Source of the DNA: Verrucomicrobiota bacterium
GTDB taxonomy: Bacteria > Verrucomicrobiota > Verrucomicrobiia > Opitutales > Opitutaceae
Length of the DNA: 64,000 nt
NCBI GenBank assembly: GCA_023399155.1
Contig: JAEWQP010000002.1
Span: 145,593-209,592, forward strand
Direction: 5' to 3'
Below, one piece after another: positions 29,873-39,024 of the stretch (position 1 is its first letter; the number at the start of each line of letters is the position of its first letter). The notes below the pieces were generated by a model that was given only the letters and a program-made list of their open reading frames with translations, made no database searches and was not told the origin of the DNA. Both the position numbers and the translations under genes were made by a program.

Positions 29873-30574
29873 ATGCCCCCTGTTTTTCCCGAACCGCCCG
29901 AGGTGTCCGTTGACTGGCCCGAGGTGTATCGCATCGTGCCGAGCCAGTATCCACCGATCAATGTCTTCGAGACGATCTATGAGTCGGCGGACGAGATGGA
30001 GATCGCATTCGCCATCGAGGCGATGACCAACCGGCGCCTTCGGCACGAGGCCGGCGAGGTGCAACTCGTGCCCCGCGAAGACTGGGTCTGGGGACCGGGA
30101 GCCTCCGTGATCATGGCGTGCTTCACGCACACCGGCCGCGCCTCGCGGTTTTCCGACGGCACCTTTGGCGTCTACTACGGCGGCGAGTCGCTGGCCACGG
30201 CCGTGGCCGAGACGCGCTATCATCGCGAGCAGTTCCTGGCCGCCACGGATGAGGAGGACCTCGAAGTGACGATGCGCGTGTATGTGAACCGCGTGCGTGC
30301 CACGCACCGCCTGCGCGATCTGCGCGGGCCGCGATTCGCGCGGCTGCTCGATCCGGACAACTATGCGGTCCCGCAGGCGTTCGGCCGCCGGTGGCGCGAC
30401 AAGCAGGCGTGGGGCGTGGTGTTTCCCAGCGTGCGCCGCGAGGGTGGGCTGTGCATCGGCGTGTTTCGCCCGCCGGCGCTGACGCTCCCGGTGCCGTCGG
30501 CGCACTTGCGCTACGTCTGGCGTCGTCGCGAACGCCGCATCACCGGCGTTTTCCGGATCGATTCCGTCGCCTAA
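29873..30574 (+). CDS. RES domain toxin (NAD+-targeting MbcT/ParT-like)
   Basis: GRASRFSDGTFGVYYGGESLATAVAETRYH carries the R...E...S signature region. Size about 233 aa. Confidence 0.8.
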   Translation: MPPVFPEPPEVSVDWPEVYRIVPSQYPPINVFETIYESADEMEIAFAIEAMTNRRLRHEAGEVQLVPREDWVWGPGASVIMACFTHTGRASRFSDGTFGVYYGGESLATAVAETRYHREQFLAATDEEDLEVTMRVYVNRVRATHRLRDLRGPRFARLLDPDNYAVPQAFGRRWRDKQAWGVVFPSVRREGGLCIGVFRPPALTLPVPSAHLRYVWRRRERRITGVFRIDSVA

Positions 30575-30659
30575 TGGGGCGGGTTGGCTTCAACGGCCGA
30601 TCAATTCCAGTTGCGCGGTCCGGACTGCGTACCCAGCCTCGGGGGAAACCCCACTCCCC

Positions 30660-31223
30660 ATGACCGCTTGGTGGAACGCACTTTCCTTCGAGGAGCAACT
30701 GTACCTGGGCGCTGCACTGCTGGCTTCCGGCGTGCTCATTGTCCAACTCGTGCTCAACCTGCTCGGCGCCGGCGTGATCGACGACATGCCCGACGCGGGC
30801 GATGCCTCGCACGGCTCCGGCAGCGGCATCTTTTCGGTGCGCACGATCGCGGCTTTCTTTGCGGGTCTGGGTTGGGTCGGCGTGATCTTGCTGCGTCAGG
30901 GCGGCGGATCGATTCTGGCCGCTGCCGCCGGCACCATCACGGGTCTCGCGCTGATGGCGGGCACGATCTTCGTGATGCGCTCCTTCGTTAAGATGCAGGA
31001 TTCCGGGACGCTGAATTACGCGAACGCAGTCGGCTCGGTCGGGAAGGTCTACGTGACCGTCCCGCAGCTGCGCGGTCCCGGCGGCCAGATCGAGGTCGTC
31101 TTTCAGAGCCGGACGGTTTTTGCCGAGGCCTGCACTGACGCGACCTCGGATATCAGGCCCGGCGCGCGGGTGCGCATCCTGGGCGTGGACGGCAGCAACG
31201 CTTTTCTCGTCGAACCTCTCTGA
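30660..31223 (+). CDS. NfeD family membrane protein (OB-fold, flotillin-associated)
   Basis: N-terminal TM helices, C-terminal beta-rich VGKVYVTVPQLRGPGGQIEVVFQSRTVFAEACTD. Immediately upstream of the flotillin gene. Confidence 0.75.
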   Translation: MTAWWNALSFEEQLYLGAALLASGVLIVQLVLNLLGAGVIDDMPDAGDASHGSGSGIFSVRTIAAFFAGLGWVGVILLRQGGGSILAAAAGTITGLALMAGTIFVMRSFVKMQDSGTLNYANAVGSVGKVYVTVPQLRGPGGQIEVVFQSRTVFAEACTDATSDIRPGARVRILGVDGSNAFLVEPL

Positions 31224-31240
31224 TCGAAACCCCTCCCCAT

Positions 31241-32761
31241 ATGAACGTGAACGTCCCCGAGACCATCCTTCCCCTCGCCGCAGTCGGCGTGCTCGCCGTC
31301 CTTGTTTTCGGCGTCTTCGTGTCGCTGATTTCCCGGTACAAGCGCTGTCCGTCGGACAAGGTCCTCGTCGTCTACGGCAAGGTCGGCGGCGGCAAGTCCG
31401 CCCGCTGTCACCACGGCGGCGCTGCGCTCATCTGGCCGGTGATCCAGGACTTCCAATACCTCGACCTCACACCGATTCCGATCGAGATCAAGCTCGAGGG
31501 CGCGCTCTCCAAGCAGAACATCCGCGTCAACACGCCCTCGTCGTTCATGGTCGGCATCTCCACGGAGCCGGGCGTGATGGAAAACGCCGCCGAGCGCCTG
31601 CTCGGCCTCGGGCTCGACGAGATCAAGGATCTCGCCCGCGACATCATTTTCGGTCAGATGCGCGTCGTGATCGCCACGATGAACATCGAGGAGATCAATG
31701 CCGACCGCGACAAGCTCATCGCCAACATCTCCACGGGAGTCGAGGTCGAGTTGAAGAAGGTCGGGTTGCGCCTGATCAACGTCAACATCCAGGACATCAC
31801 CGACGCCTCCGGCTACATCGACGCGCTCGGGCGCGAGGCCGCCTCGAAGGCGATCAATGAGGCGAAGATCAAGGTCGCGCTCGCCGATCGCGACGGCCAG
31901 ATCGGCGCCGCCGACGCCCACCGCGACCAGCGCGTGCGCGTGGCGGAGGCCAACGCCACGGCGGTGCAGGGCGAGAATCGCTCGAAGGTCGAAGTCGCCA
32001 ACTCCGATGCCACCCGACGGGAACAGCAGGCTGAAGCCGAGCGCAAGGCCACCGCCGCCGAAAAGGTCGCCACGGCCAAGGCACTCGAGGAGGCCTACGC
32101 CTCCGAGCAGCGCGCGGAGAAGCAGCGTGCGGAGCGCGACAAGGCTACGCAGTTCGCCAACACCGTCGTGCCGGCCGAGATCGCCCGGGAAAAGCAGATC
32201 GTCGACGCGGAGGCCGAGGCTGAGCGCGTGCGCCGCACCCAGAAGGGCGAGGCCGACGCGGTCCGCCTGATCAAGCAGGCCGAAGCCGATGGCATCAAGC
32301 TCGTGCAGTTTGCCGAGGCCGATGGCCTGCGCGCCAAGCTCACCGCCGAGGCCGACGGCATCCGATTGAAGCTCCTCGCTGAGGCCGAAGGCACTGAGGC
32401 GCTGCTCAAGAAAAAGGCCGAGGGCTTTCGCGAACTGGTCACCACGACCGGTTCCGCCGAGGCGGCGCGCAGCCTCCTCGTCACGGAGCAGTTGCCTGCA
32501 TTGGTCCGCGAGCAAGCCGCGGCGATTTCCAACCTCAAGATCGACAAGGTCACGGTCTGGGACTCCGGCAAGCATGGTGCGGACGGGAAGACGTCGACCG
32601 CGGGCTTTGTATCCGGATTGATGGGAGCACTTCCGCCGCTGCATGAACTCGCCGGCAATGTCGGAATCAAGATGCCGGCGTTCACAGGGGAGTTGCAGGT
32701 GGAGACGCCGGCTGCGCCCTCTCTCGCGTCGATCCGCGCCGCGGACGAGAAGAAGAACTGA
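31241..32761 (+). CDS. flotillin family protein (SPFH/band 7 domain, FloT-like)
   Basis: N-terminal TM helix, SPFH core, long Ala/Glu-rich coiled-coil repeats (AEAERKATAAEKVATAKALEEA...). Confidence 0.9.
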   Translation: MNVNVPETILPLAAVGVLAVLVFGVFVSLISRYKRCPSDKVLVVYGKVGGGKSARCHHGGAALIWPVIQDFQYLDLTPIPIEIKLEGALSKQNIRVNTPSSFMVGISTEPGVMENAAERLLGLGLDEIKDLARDIIFGQMRVVIATMNIEEINADRDKLIANISTGVEVELKKVGLRLINVNIQDITDASGYIDALGREAASKAINEAKIKVALADRDGQIGAADAHRDQRVRVAEANATAVQGENRSKVEVANSDATRREQQAEAERKATAAEKVATAKALEEAYASEQRAEKQRAERDKATQFANTVVPAEIAREKQIVDAEAEAERVRRTQKGEADAVRLIKQAEADGIKLVQFAEADGLRAKLTAEADGIRLKLLAEAEGTEALLKKKAEGFRELVTTTGSAEAARSLLVTEQLPALVREQAAAISNLKIDKVTVWDSGKHGADGKTSTAGFVSGLMGALPPLHELAGNVGIKMPAFTGELQVETPAAPSLASIRAADEKKN

Positions 32762-32892
32762 GGCGAATGCTCGCACCGGGCAGGTGAAGCGTGACCTCCG
32801 GGCGCGCTTCTGATCTTGGCTGCAGCATCGCCGGGCGCGCCGTCGGGCCGCCTCTTCGCGCGGACTCGCGCGGAGCGCCCGGAGGGGGTTCG

Positions 32893-33537
32893 CTACCAGG
32901 AGGTCACAGGCGTCTGCCCGTCGCCGGCGGAATAGAAGGCGACGCCCGCGCGGATGCGGTTGGCTTGCGGTGCCGGGATGGTGAGCCCTCCTATCGTGAG
33001 CATCGCGCCGGGCGCTGAATCGTAGTCGGTCGTGCCCTGCAGATCGATGGTGCTATCGAGATTCCGATCCATGAGCACACCGATGTCGATATTCCCAAAG
33101 GCATCCTGAATCAGTCCGTTGGCGTTTAACTCGTCCGATCCGAAGCTGCAGAATGCGATCCGCTTTGGATTTTGGCGGTGCGGTGCGGACGGGGCCGTGC
33201 TGGTCGTCGGCAGTGGTTCACCATTTCGAAGGCGTGCGGTCAGCGTATCGTGAAAGGTGTGTTCGCTCCCAAGACCGGCGGAGCTTTCAGGGTTCACGCG
33301 GTTGGCTGCGAACACCGGATAATACCCATACTCCTGCCGGAACTGCTCGATCGCGGCGGACCATTGGCTGAACTGCACCCGTGTTTTCGCACGCTTGGCA
33401 CTTCGTTGTGCGCCACCGACCGCCGGGATGATGATCGCCATGAGAATGGCGATGACGGACACCGCCATCAGCACCTCGAGCAATGTAAACCCTTGGGTGC
33501 GAGTGGCTGAGCGAGAAACTGGGCGGCGCAACAGCAT
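32893..33537 (-). CDS. prepilin-type N-terminal cleavage/methylation domain protein (pseudopilin/type IV pilin-like)
   Basis: Class III signal peptide RTQG|FTLLEVLMAVSVIAILMAIIIP. Confidence 0.8.
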   Translation of the reverse strand: MLLRRPVSRSATRTQGFTLLEVLMAVSVIAILMAIIIPAVGGAQRSAKRAKTRVQFSQWSAAIEQFRQEYGYYPVFAANRVNPESSAGLGSEHTFHDTLTARLRNGEPLPTTSTAPSAPHRQNPKRIAFCSFGSDELNANGLIQDAFGNIDIGVLMDRNLDSTIDLQGTTDYDSAPGAMLTIGGLTIPAPQANRIRAGVAFYSAGDGQTPVTSW

Positions 33538-33810
33538 TGGGGGGTGGGCCACGCGAGCACAGCGGGTTTCGCTTCCCAGCGCAAGCCCGGGCCGGTCCCC
33601 TCCCAAGCACGGTTCCCTGAAGCCGCGCGTCTGGTCCGCCTGCCGCGGGCGACTTTCGCGTCAGGCGAGCGTCACATGAGCCGTTGCGCGGGCGGTCCAT
33701 TCCACGGCGGGTTGTCTGCCATCCGATCATTCGTGGCGCGACACGCGAACGGCCAAAATCCCGCTTTACACCGCTACGGGCGGCCCATCTACTGATCGTT
33801 TCCAGTCGTT

Positions 33811-34008
33811 ATGCAAAAGACCAAGAAATCCGTGGCCAAGCGGTTCAAGCTGACCGCCAAGGGGAAACTCGTCCGTCGTTCCCCTGGCAGCCGGCACCTG
33901 CTCGCCCACAAGTCCTCGAAGCAGAAACGGCGTCTCGGCAAAGACAAGCTCGTGGCCAAGGGTCACGCGGAAGAGTTGCTGAAGTGCCTGCCGTTCGGCC
34001 TGGCCTGA
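33811..34008 (+). CDS. rpmI: 50S ribosomal protein L35
   Basis: MQKTKKSVAKRFKLTAKGKLVRRSPGSRHLL. Confidence 0.9.
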   Translation: MQKTKKSVAKRFKLTAKGKLVRRSPGSRHLLAHKSSKQKRRLGKDKLVAKGHAEELLKCLPFGLA

Positions 34009-34123
34009 TCCGGTGGATCAGCGTCGCGCCGCACGTCATCTGTCCTCGAAAATACCAACTGCGCCGATCGGGTAACATTCATTCTGGCGACCTGCCGGTG
34101 CCCAAACACACGAACTAACAAAC

Positions 34124-34504
34124 ATGCCAAGAGTCACCAACGCTCCCGCCTCCCGCCGCCGTCGCAAGAGGGTCCTCGGCGAGGCCAAGGGTTACTTCGG
34201 TAACAAGTCCAAGCTCTATCGCTATGCGATGGAGGCCGTGAATCACGCGCAGCAGTACGCCTACCGCGACCGCCGCGCCAAGAAGCGCACCTGGCGCTCG
34301 CTCTGGATCGTCCGCATCAACGCGGGCTGCCGCGCCGCCGGGATCACCTACTCGCGCTTCATCGAGGGTCTGAATGCCGCGGGCATCACGCTCGACCGCA
34401 AGGTCCTCGCCGACATCGCGGCGCGCGATGAAGCCGGTTTTGCGACGCTCGTCGACAAAGCCCGGGCTGCGCTCAAGACGAAGACCGGCGCTGCCGCTTC
34501 CTGA
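34124..34504 (+). CDS. rplT: 50S ribosomal protein L20
   Basis: MPRVTNAPASRRRRKRVLGEAKGYFGNKSKLYRYAMEAVNHAQQYAYRDRRAKKR. Confidence 0.95.
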   Translation: MPRVTNAPASRRRRKRVLGEAKGYFGNKSKLYRYAMEAVNHAQQYAYRDRRAKKRTWRSLWIVRINAGCRAAGITYSRFIEGLNAAGITLDRKVLADIAARDEAGFATLVDKARAALKTKTGAAAS

Positions 34505-34565
34505 CGGAAGCCAGTCGCCACCGCACGCGGGCCCCACATCAACGGCCCGCGCACACTTTGCCAAA

Positions 34566-34600
34566 GGACGGGCCTGCAAAGGTCCGTCCTTTTTCTTTTC
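34566..34600 (+). terminator. intrinsic terminator downstream of rplT
   Basis: GGACGGGCC-TGCAAA-GGTCCGTCC stem-loop followed by CTTTTTCTTTT. Confidence 0.6.
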
Positions 34601-34612
34601 AGACTCCGAGTT

Positions 34613-34825
34613 TTAACCACAGAGGCCACAGAGAACACAGAGGTCTGGGGTAGGGCGAGGCCTCCGGCCGAGCCGCGATCTCGGACCTCGCACGCGCGCG
34701 GCTCGGCCAGAGGCCTCGCCCTACCTTCAACCAATCACCCGCCTTTCTCCGTGCTCTCTGTGTCCTCTGTGGTTCAATCCTGCCTTTCGTCCGTTCACTT
34801 TCGTTAGCGAACTCGTTCGTCCGCC
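34613..34825. repeat. complete composite intergenic repeat (CACAGAGG tandem module, GC hairpin, inverted CCTCTGTG module, CT-rich tail)
   Basis: AACCACAGAGGCCACAGAGAACACAGAGG, then GTAGGGCGAGGCCTCCGGCCGAGCCGCG ... CGCGGCTCGGCCAGAGGCCTCGCCCTAC, then CTCTGTGTCCTCTGTGGTT, then CTTTCGTCCGTTCACTTTCGTT. Confidence 0.8.
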
Positions 34826-35875
34826 ATGCAAGCCCAACTCCAGGAACTGATCGCCCGCGCCCGTGCCGAAGCCTCCGCGCTAAAAACGCGTCCCGCCTTC
34901 GAGGCCTGCAAGGCCTCGCTCGTCGGCCCCCACGGCAGCCTTACCGGCATGATGAAGACGCTCGGCCAGCTCCCGAAGGAGGAGCGCCCGGCCGCCGGCA
35001 AGATGATCAACGAGGCGAAGGTCGCCGTGCAGGCCATTCTCGACGAAGCCCTGCGCGTGATCGAGTCAGCGGAACTCGCCGCCAGACTGGGGCCACCCAT
35101 CGATCCGACGCTTCCCGCCCCGGACCTCTCCCAGGGGCGCCGTCATCCGCTCACGCTCGTGCGCGACGAGATCTGCCGCATCCTCGGCACGCTTGGGTTC
35201 ACCGTGCGCGAGGGTCCGGAGGTGGAAACCGAATACTACTGTTTCGATGCGCTCTGCACGCCGGCCGATCATCCCGCCCGCGACGCGCAGGACACCTATT
35301 ACTTCCCGGAGCGGACGCGTTTCGGCAACATCTCCAGGAAGGGATCGGGGGAGCAGGAGAAGTATTTGCTCCGCACACACACGAGCAGCGTGCAGATCCG
35401 CACGCTCCTGGCGGAAAAGCCGCCGGTCCGCATCCTGTCGCCCGGCCGCGTGTTCCGTCGTGACAACGCGGATGCGACTCACAGTGCGAACTTCCACCAG
35501 ATCGAGGGCCTCGTGATCGACCGCGGCATCACCGTGTGCGACTTGAAGGCGACGCTTGATTACCTGTTCCAATCCCTGCTGGGCCCGGGCACGAAGACGC
35601 GTTTCCGTCCGCACTACTTCGGCTACACCGAGCCGAGCTTCGAGGTCGACTTCGCGGCGACCCATCTGTCGAAGGTCGGCAAGGAATGGATCGAGATCAT
35701 GGGCTGCGGCATGGTCGACCCGCTCGTGCTCGAGGAGGTCGGCCTCGATCCAAACGAGTGGAGCGGCTTCGCCTTCGGCCTCGGCGTCGAGCGCATCGCC
35801 ATGACCCTCTACGGCGTCGACGACATCCGCCACTTCTACGCCAACGACGTACGGTTCGTGCGGCAGTTCTCCTGA
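34826..35875 (+). CDS. pheS: phenylalanine--tRNA ligase alpha subunit
   Basis: Class II motifs FRPHYFGYTEPSFEVD, GCGMVDP, GFAFGLGVERIAM. Confidence 0.95.
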   Translation: MQAQLQELIARARAEASALKTRPAFEACKASLVGPHGSLTGMMKTLGQLPKEERPAAGKMINEAKVAVQAILDEALRVIESAELAARLGPPIDPTLPAPDLSQGRRHPLTLVRDEICRILGTLGFTVREGPEVETEYYCFDALCTPADHPARDAQDTYYFPERTRFGNISRKGSGEQEKYLLRTHTSSVQIRTLLAEKPPVRILSPGRVFRRDNADATHSANFHQIEGLVIDRGITVCDLKATLDYLFQSLLGPGTKTRFRPHYFGYTEPSFEVDFAATHLSKVGKEWIEIMGCGMVDPLVLEEVGLDPNEWSGFAFGLGVERIAMTLYGVDDIRHFYANDVRFVRQFS

Positions 35876-35917
35876 ATGAACCTGCACAGAAGGAAACGAA
35901 GGTAACGAAGGGGCCTG

Positions 35918-36322
35918 ATGCATCCACTTTACGAGAAGGCCGACCGATTATCCCATGAGGTGATCGGGGCTGCCATCGAAGTGCATCGCGACAAGGGCCC
36001 CGGACTTATCGAATCGATCTACGAAAGATGTCTCGTCCACGAGCTCTCACTCCGCGGAGTGAGGACGATCAATCAGAAGATAGTTCGAATCGAATACAAG
36101 GGTCTCACCTTCGAGGAACCGATGCGTTTCGACGTGCTCGTTGAGGAGTGTCTCCTGATTGAGAACAAATGCGTTGAGAAGATATTGCCCATCCATAAGG
36201 CCCAACTCTTGACCTACATGAAGCTGCTGCAGGTGCCTGTGGGTTTGATCATTAACTACCACTCAGAAGTCATTCGCGGTGGAATCGTCCGCCTGATCCT
36301 GCCGGGAGCGAACCAAGCCTGA
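35918..36322 (+). CDS. GxxExxY protein (PD-(D/E)XK nuclease superfamily)
   Basis: 134 aa. HEVIGAAIEVHRDKGPGLIESIYERCLVHEL (GxxExxY motif). FDVLVEECLLIENK is the D...E.K motif typical of PD-(D/E)XK. Confidence 0.8.
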   Translation: MHPLYEKADRLSHEVIGAAIEVHRDKGPGLIESIYERCLVHELSLRGVRTINQKIVRIEYKGLTFEEPMRFDVLVEECLLIENKCVEKILPIHKAQLLTYMKLLQVPVGLIINYHSEVIRGGIVRLILPGANQA

Positions 36323-36369
36323 ACGCCTTCGTTCACTTCGTTTCCTTCTGTGCAAAACCGCCTTTCAAA

Positions 36370-38829
36370 ATGAAGTTGTCGCTCAATTGGCTGAAGAACT
36401 ACGTGCCCCTGACCGCTTCTGCGGACGAAGTGACCCGCGCGCTCACGTTCCTGGGCTTTGAGGTCGAGGGCGTGCACCGCACCGGGCTCGCGCCGATCGC
36501 GAATCTTGTCGTCGGTGAGATCCTCACGCGCGACAAGCACCCGAACGCCGACAAGCTCTCCGTGTGCACGGTACGCGTCGCGCCGGAAGGCTCCCCCACG
36601 CAGATCGTCTGCGGCGCGCCAAATTGCGATGCCGGCCAACGCGTGCCCGTGGCGCTCCCGGGCTGCGTGCTCGGCGCCGACTTCAAGATCAAGCAGTCGA
36701 AGATTCGCGGCGTGGAGTCCAACGGCATGATGTGTTCCGCGCGCGAACTCGGGCTCGGTGAGGACCACGCCGGACTGCTTGTCCTCTCACCCGAGGCACC
36801 GCTCGGTGCGCCTGTGCACGAGGTGCTTGGCGCAGGCGATGTGGTCTTCGATGTGGAAGTCACGCCGAACCGTCCGGATGCGCTCTGCCACCTCGGAATG
36901 GCGCGCGAACTGGCCGCGTGGTTCAAACTTCCACTCAACTATCCGGTGACCCACTTCAGTGCCCCCGGGGCCGATGTGGCGACCGCCGGGACCGCGATCC
37001 TCGGGGACGTGAAGGTCGTCGACGACGAGGCATGCCCGCTTTATACCGCGCACATCGTCCAGGGCGTGAAGATCGGACCGAGTCCTGAATGGCTGCAGCA
37101 GGCGCTCACCGCTGTCGGACTCCGGCCGATCAACAACGTGGTCGACGTCACGAACTACGTCCTGCTCGAGACCGGCCAGCCGCTGCATGCCTTCGATGCA
37201 AAGAAGATCCGCGGCAACCGGCTGGTCATCCGGCGCGCCACTGACGGCGAAAAGCTCGTCACGCTCGACGGCAAGGAGCGCACGCTATCGCATGCCAACC
37301 TCGTGATCGCCGATGCCGAACGCGCGCTCGTCGTCGCGGGTGTGATGGGCGGTGCGGACGCCGAGGTGGACAGCACGACCGTCGATCTCGTCCTCGAGGC
37401 CGCATACTTTCGTCCCACCGGCATCCGTCGCACCTCGAAGCAGATCGGGCTCTCGAGCGACAGCTCCTACCGTTTCGAGCGCGGGGTGGACCCGCGGGGC
37501 GTCATGCCAGCGGCACGACGAGCCATCGACCTGATCCTGCAGACCGCCGGTGGTCGCGTGCTGGGTCCCGCCCATGTGGCCGGCTCCGAGCCGACGACAG
37601 TGACGGAAATCACGCTCAAGCCTGATTATGTCCGCGAGCGCTGCGGTTTTGAAATCAGCGACGCCGATCAGCGCGAGACCCTCGAGCGGCTTGAGCTCAA
37701 CGTCTCGCACGAAGTGGCGGATGACGACGGGCGCCTGTCGTGGACCATATCCATCCCGAGTTGGCGGGGCGACCTCGAGCGCCCCATCGACCTGGTCGAG
37801 GAGATCCTCCGCGTCTACGGCACGGAAAGGATACCCAGCACGCGACCGGCCGTGCGTGCGGTGGTCGCCTCAGATGACCCCGTGGCGGTCTTCGTGCGCA
37901 AGGCGGCGGGAGTGCTTGTCGGCCAGGGATTCACCGAGGCGGTCAACTACACGTTGCGCTCAGCGGCTGAACTCGACCGCTGGGCCGCCAAAGCAGCGGC
38001 TGAGGAGTTGCGCCTCGCCAATCCGCTCGCCGAGGACCAGTCGCATCTTCGCCGATCCCTGGTGCCCGGCCTGCTCGAGACGATCCGGTTCAACCAGGCC
38101 CGGCAGAATACGGAGACTCGATTCTTCGAGACGGGCCGGACCTTTCGTGAGGTCAACGGTGCGGTCTATGAACTGGTCTCGGCGGCATTCGTGATCGCAC
38201 AGCCTGAGGCGGTGCGCGGCTGGAAGTTGCGCGAGCCGGTTGACTTCCACACAGCCAAGCGGCTCGTGCTGGATCTTGCGGCGGCCGCGGGGGCGGTGCT
38301 GCGCGATGACGATTTTCGGGCTGTCTCAGCCGGCAGCGTGGCGTGGCAGGAAGGCCACTCGGCGGAGGCCGGGAGTTTCAAGTCCGGCTGCGAAGCGCGC
38401 CTGGGGCTTGTGAACCTCGCACTCACCCGCGCGGCGGGTATCGACGGCCCTGTGCTCGCCGGCCTTGTCGAGGTCCTTCCCGACACGCTGCGGCAGGCGT
38501 CGGGCCCGGTCCGCTACAAGGCGGTGAGCACTTTCCCGGCGGCGACGCGCGATCTGGCGCTCATCGCGGACGAGTCGGTGCCAGCCGCCCAGGTACAGAC
38601 GGCGCTTACGAAATCCGCGCGCAAGGCGCTCAACAACGCCTTCGCGCTCGAACGCGTGGAGTTGTTCGACCTGTATCGCGGCTCCGGCCTGCCGGAAGGC
38701 AAGAAGAGCCTCGCATTCGGCCTGGTCTTTCGCGCCGCCGACCGGACCTTGACAGACGATGAGGTCAACAAGGTCTTCGCCGCCGTGCAGCAGGACATCG
38801 AGGCCGCCGGTTATCCGGTGCGCCGGTGA
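36370..38829 (+). CDS. pheT: phenylalanine--tRNA ligase beta subunit
   Basis: 819 aa. MKLSLNWLKNYV. N-terminal tRNA-binding domain, B3/B4, B5, C-terminal FDLYRG...FAA anticodon-binding region. Confidence 0.95.
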   Translation: MKLSLNWLKNYVPLTASADEVTRALTFLGFEVEGVHRTGLAPIANLVVGEILTRDKHPNADKLSVCTVRVAPEGSPTQIVCGAPNCDAGQRVPVALPGCVLGADFKIKQSKIRGVESNGMMCSARELGLGEDHAGLLVLSPEAPLGAPVHEVLGAGDVVFDVEVTPNRPDALCHLGMARELAAWFKLPLNYPVTHFSAPGADVATAGTAILGDVKVVDDEACPLYTAHIVQGVKIGPSPEWLQQALTAVGLRPINNVVDVTNYVLLETGQPLHAFDAKKIRGNRLVIRRATDGEKLVTLDGKERTLSHANLVIADAERALVVAGVMGGADAEVDSTTVDLVLEAAYFRPTGIRRTSKQIGLSSDSSYRFERGVDPRGVMPAARRAIDLILQTAGGRVLGPAHVAGSEPTTVTEITLKPDYVRERCGFEISDADQRETLERLELNVSHEVADDDGRLSWTISIPSWRGDLERPIDLVEEILRVYGTERIPSTRPAVRAVVASDDPVAVFVRKAAGVLVGQGFTEAVNYTLRSAAELDRWAAKAAAEELRLANPLAEDQSHLRRSLVPGLLETIRFNQARQNTETRFFETGRTFREVNGAVYELVSAAFVIAQPEAVRGWKLREPVDFHTAKRLVLDLAAAAGAVLRDDDFRAVSAGSVAWQEGHSAEAGSFKSGCEARLGLVNLALTRAAGIDGPVLAGLVEVLPDTLRQASGPVRYKAVSTFPAATRDLALIADESVPAAQVQTALTKSARKALNNAFALERVELFDLYRGSGLPEGKKSLAFGLVFRAADRTLTDDEVNKVFAAVQQDIEAAGYPVRR

Positions 38830-38854
38830 GCCGTCGTCGCAGGCCTCGTGATTT

Positions 38855-39002
38855 GAACCACAGAGGACACAGGGGGCACAGAGGAGATCGCAGGTAGGGC
38901 GAGGCCTCCGGCCGAGCCGCGGACAGGACCCGTGGCGGAAGCGGAATGGGCTCGGTCGGGCGCCTTCACCGGCCCCATGTCAGCTCTGTGCCCTCTGTGG
39001 TT
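38855..39002. repeat. second copy of composite intergenic repeat downstream of pheT
   Basis: AACCACAGAGGACACAGGGGGCACAGAGG, GTAGGGCGAGGCCTCCGGCCGAGCCGCG, degenerate return arm, CTCTGTGCCCTCTGTGGTT. Confidence 0.75.
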
Positions 39003-39024
39003 CCGTTCGGTCTGCGACTCGCCC

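Noticed and set aside
33607-33810. Expected infC upstream of rpmI-rplT
   Set aside because: Only 204 bp separate the pseudopilin gene from rpmI, and no IF-3-like ORF is present. infC must be elsewhere, so no feature is called.
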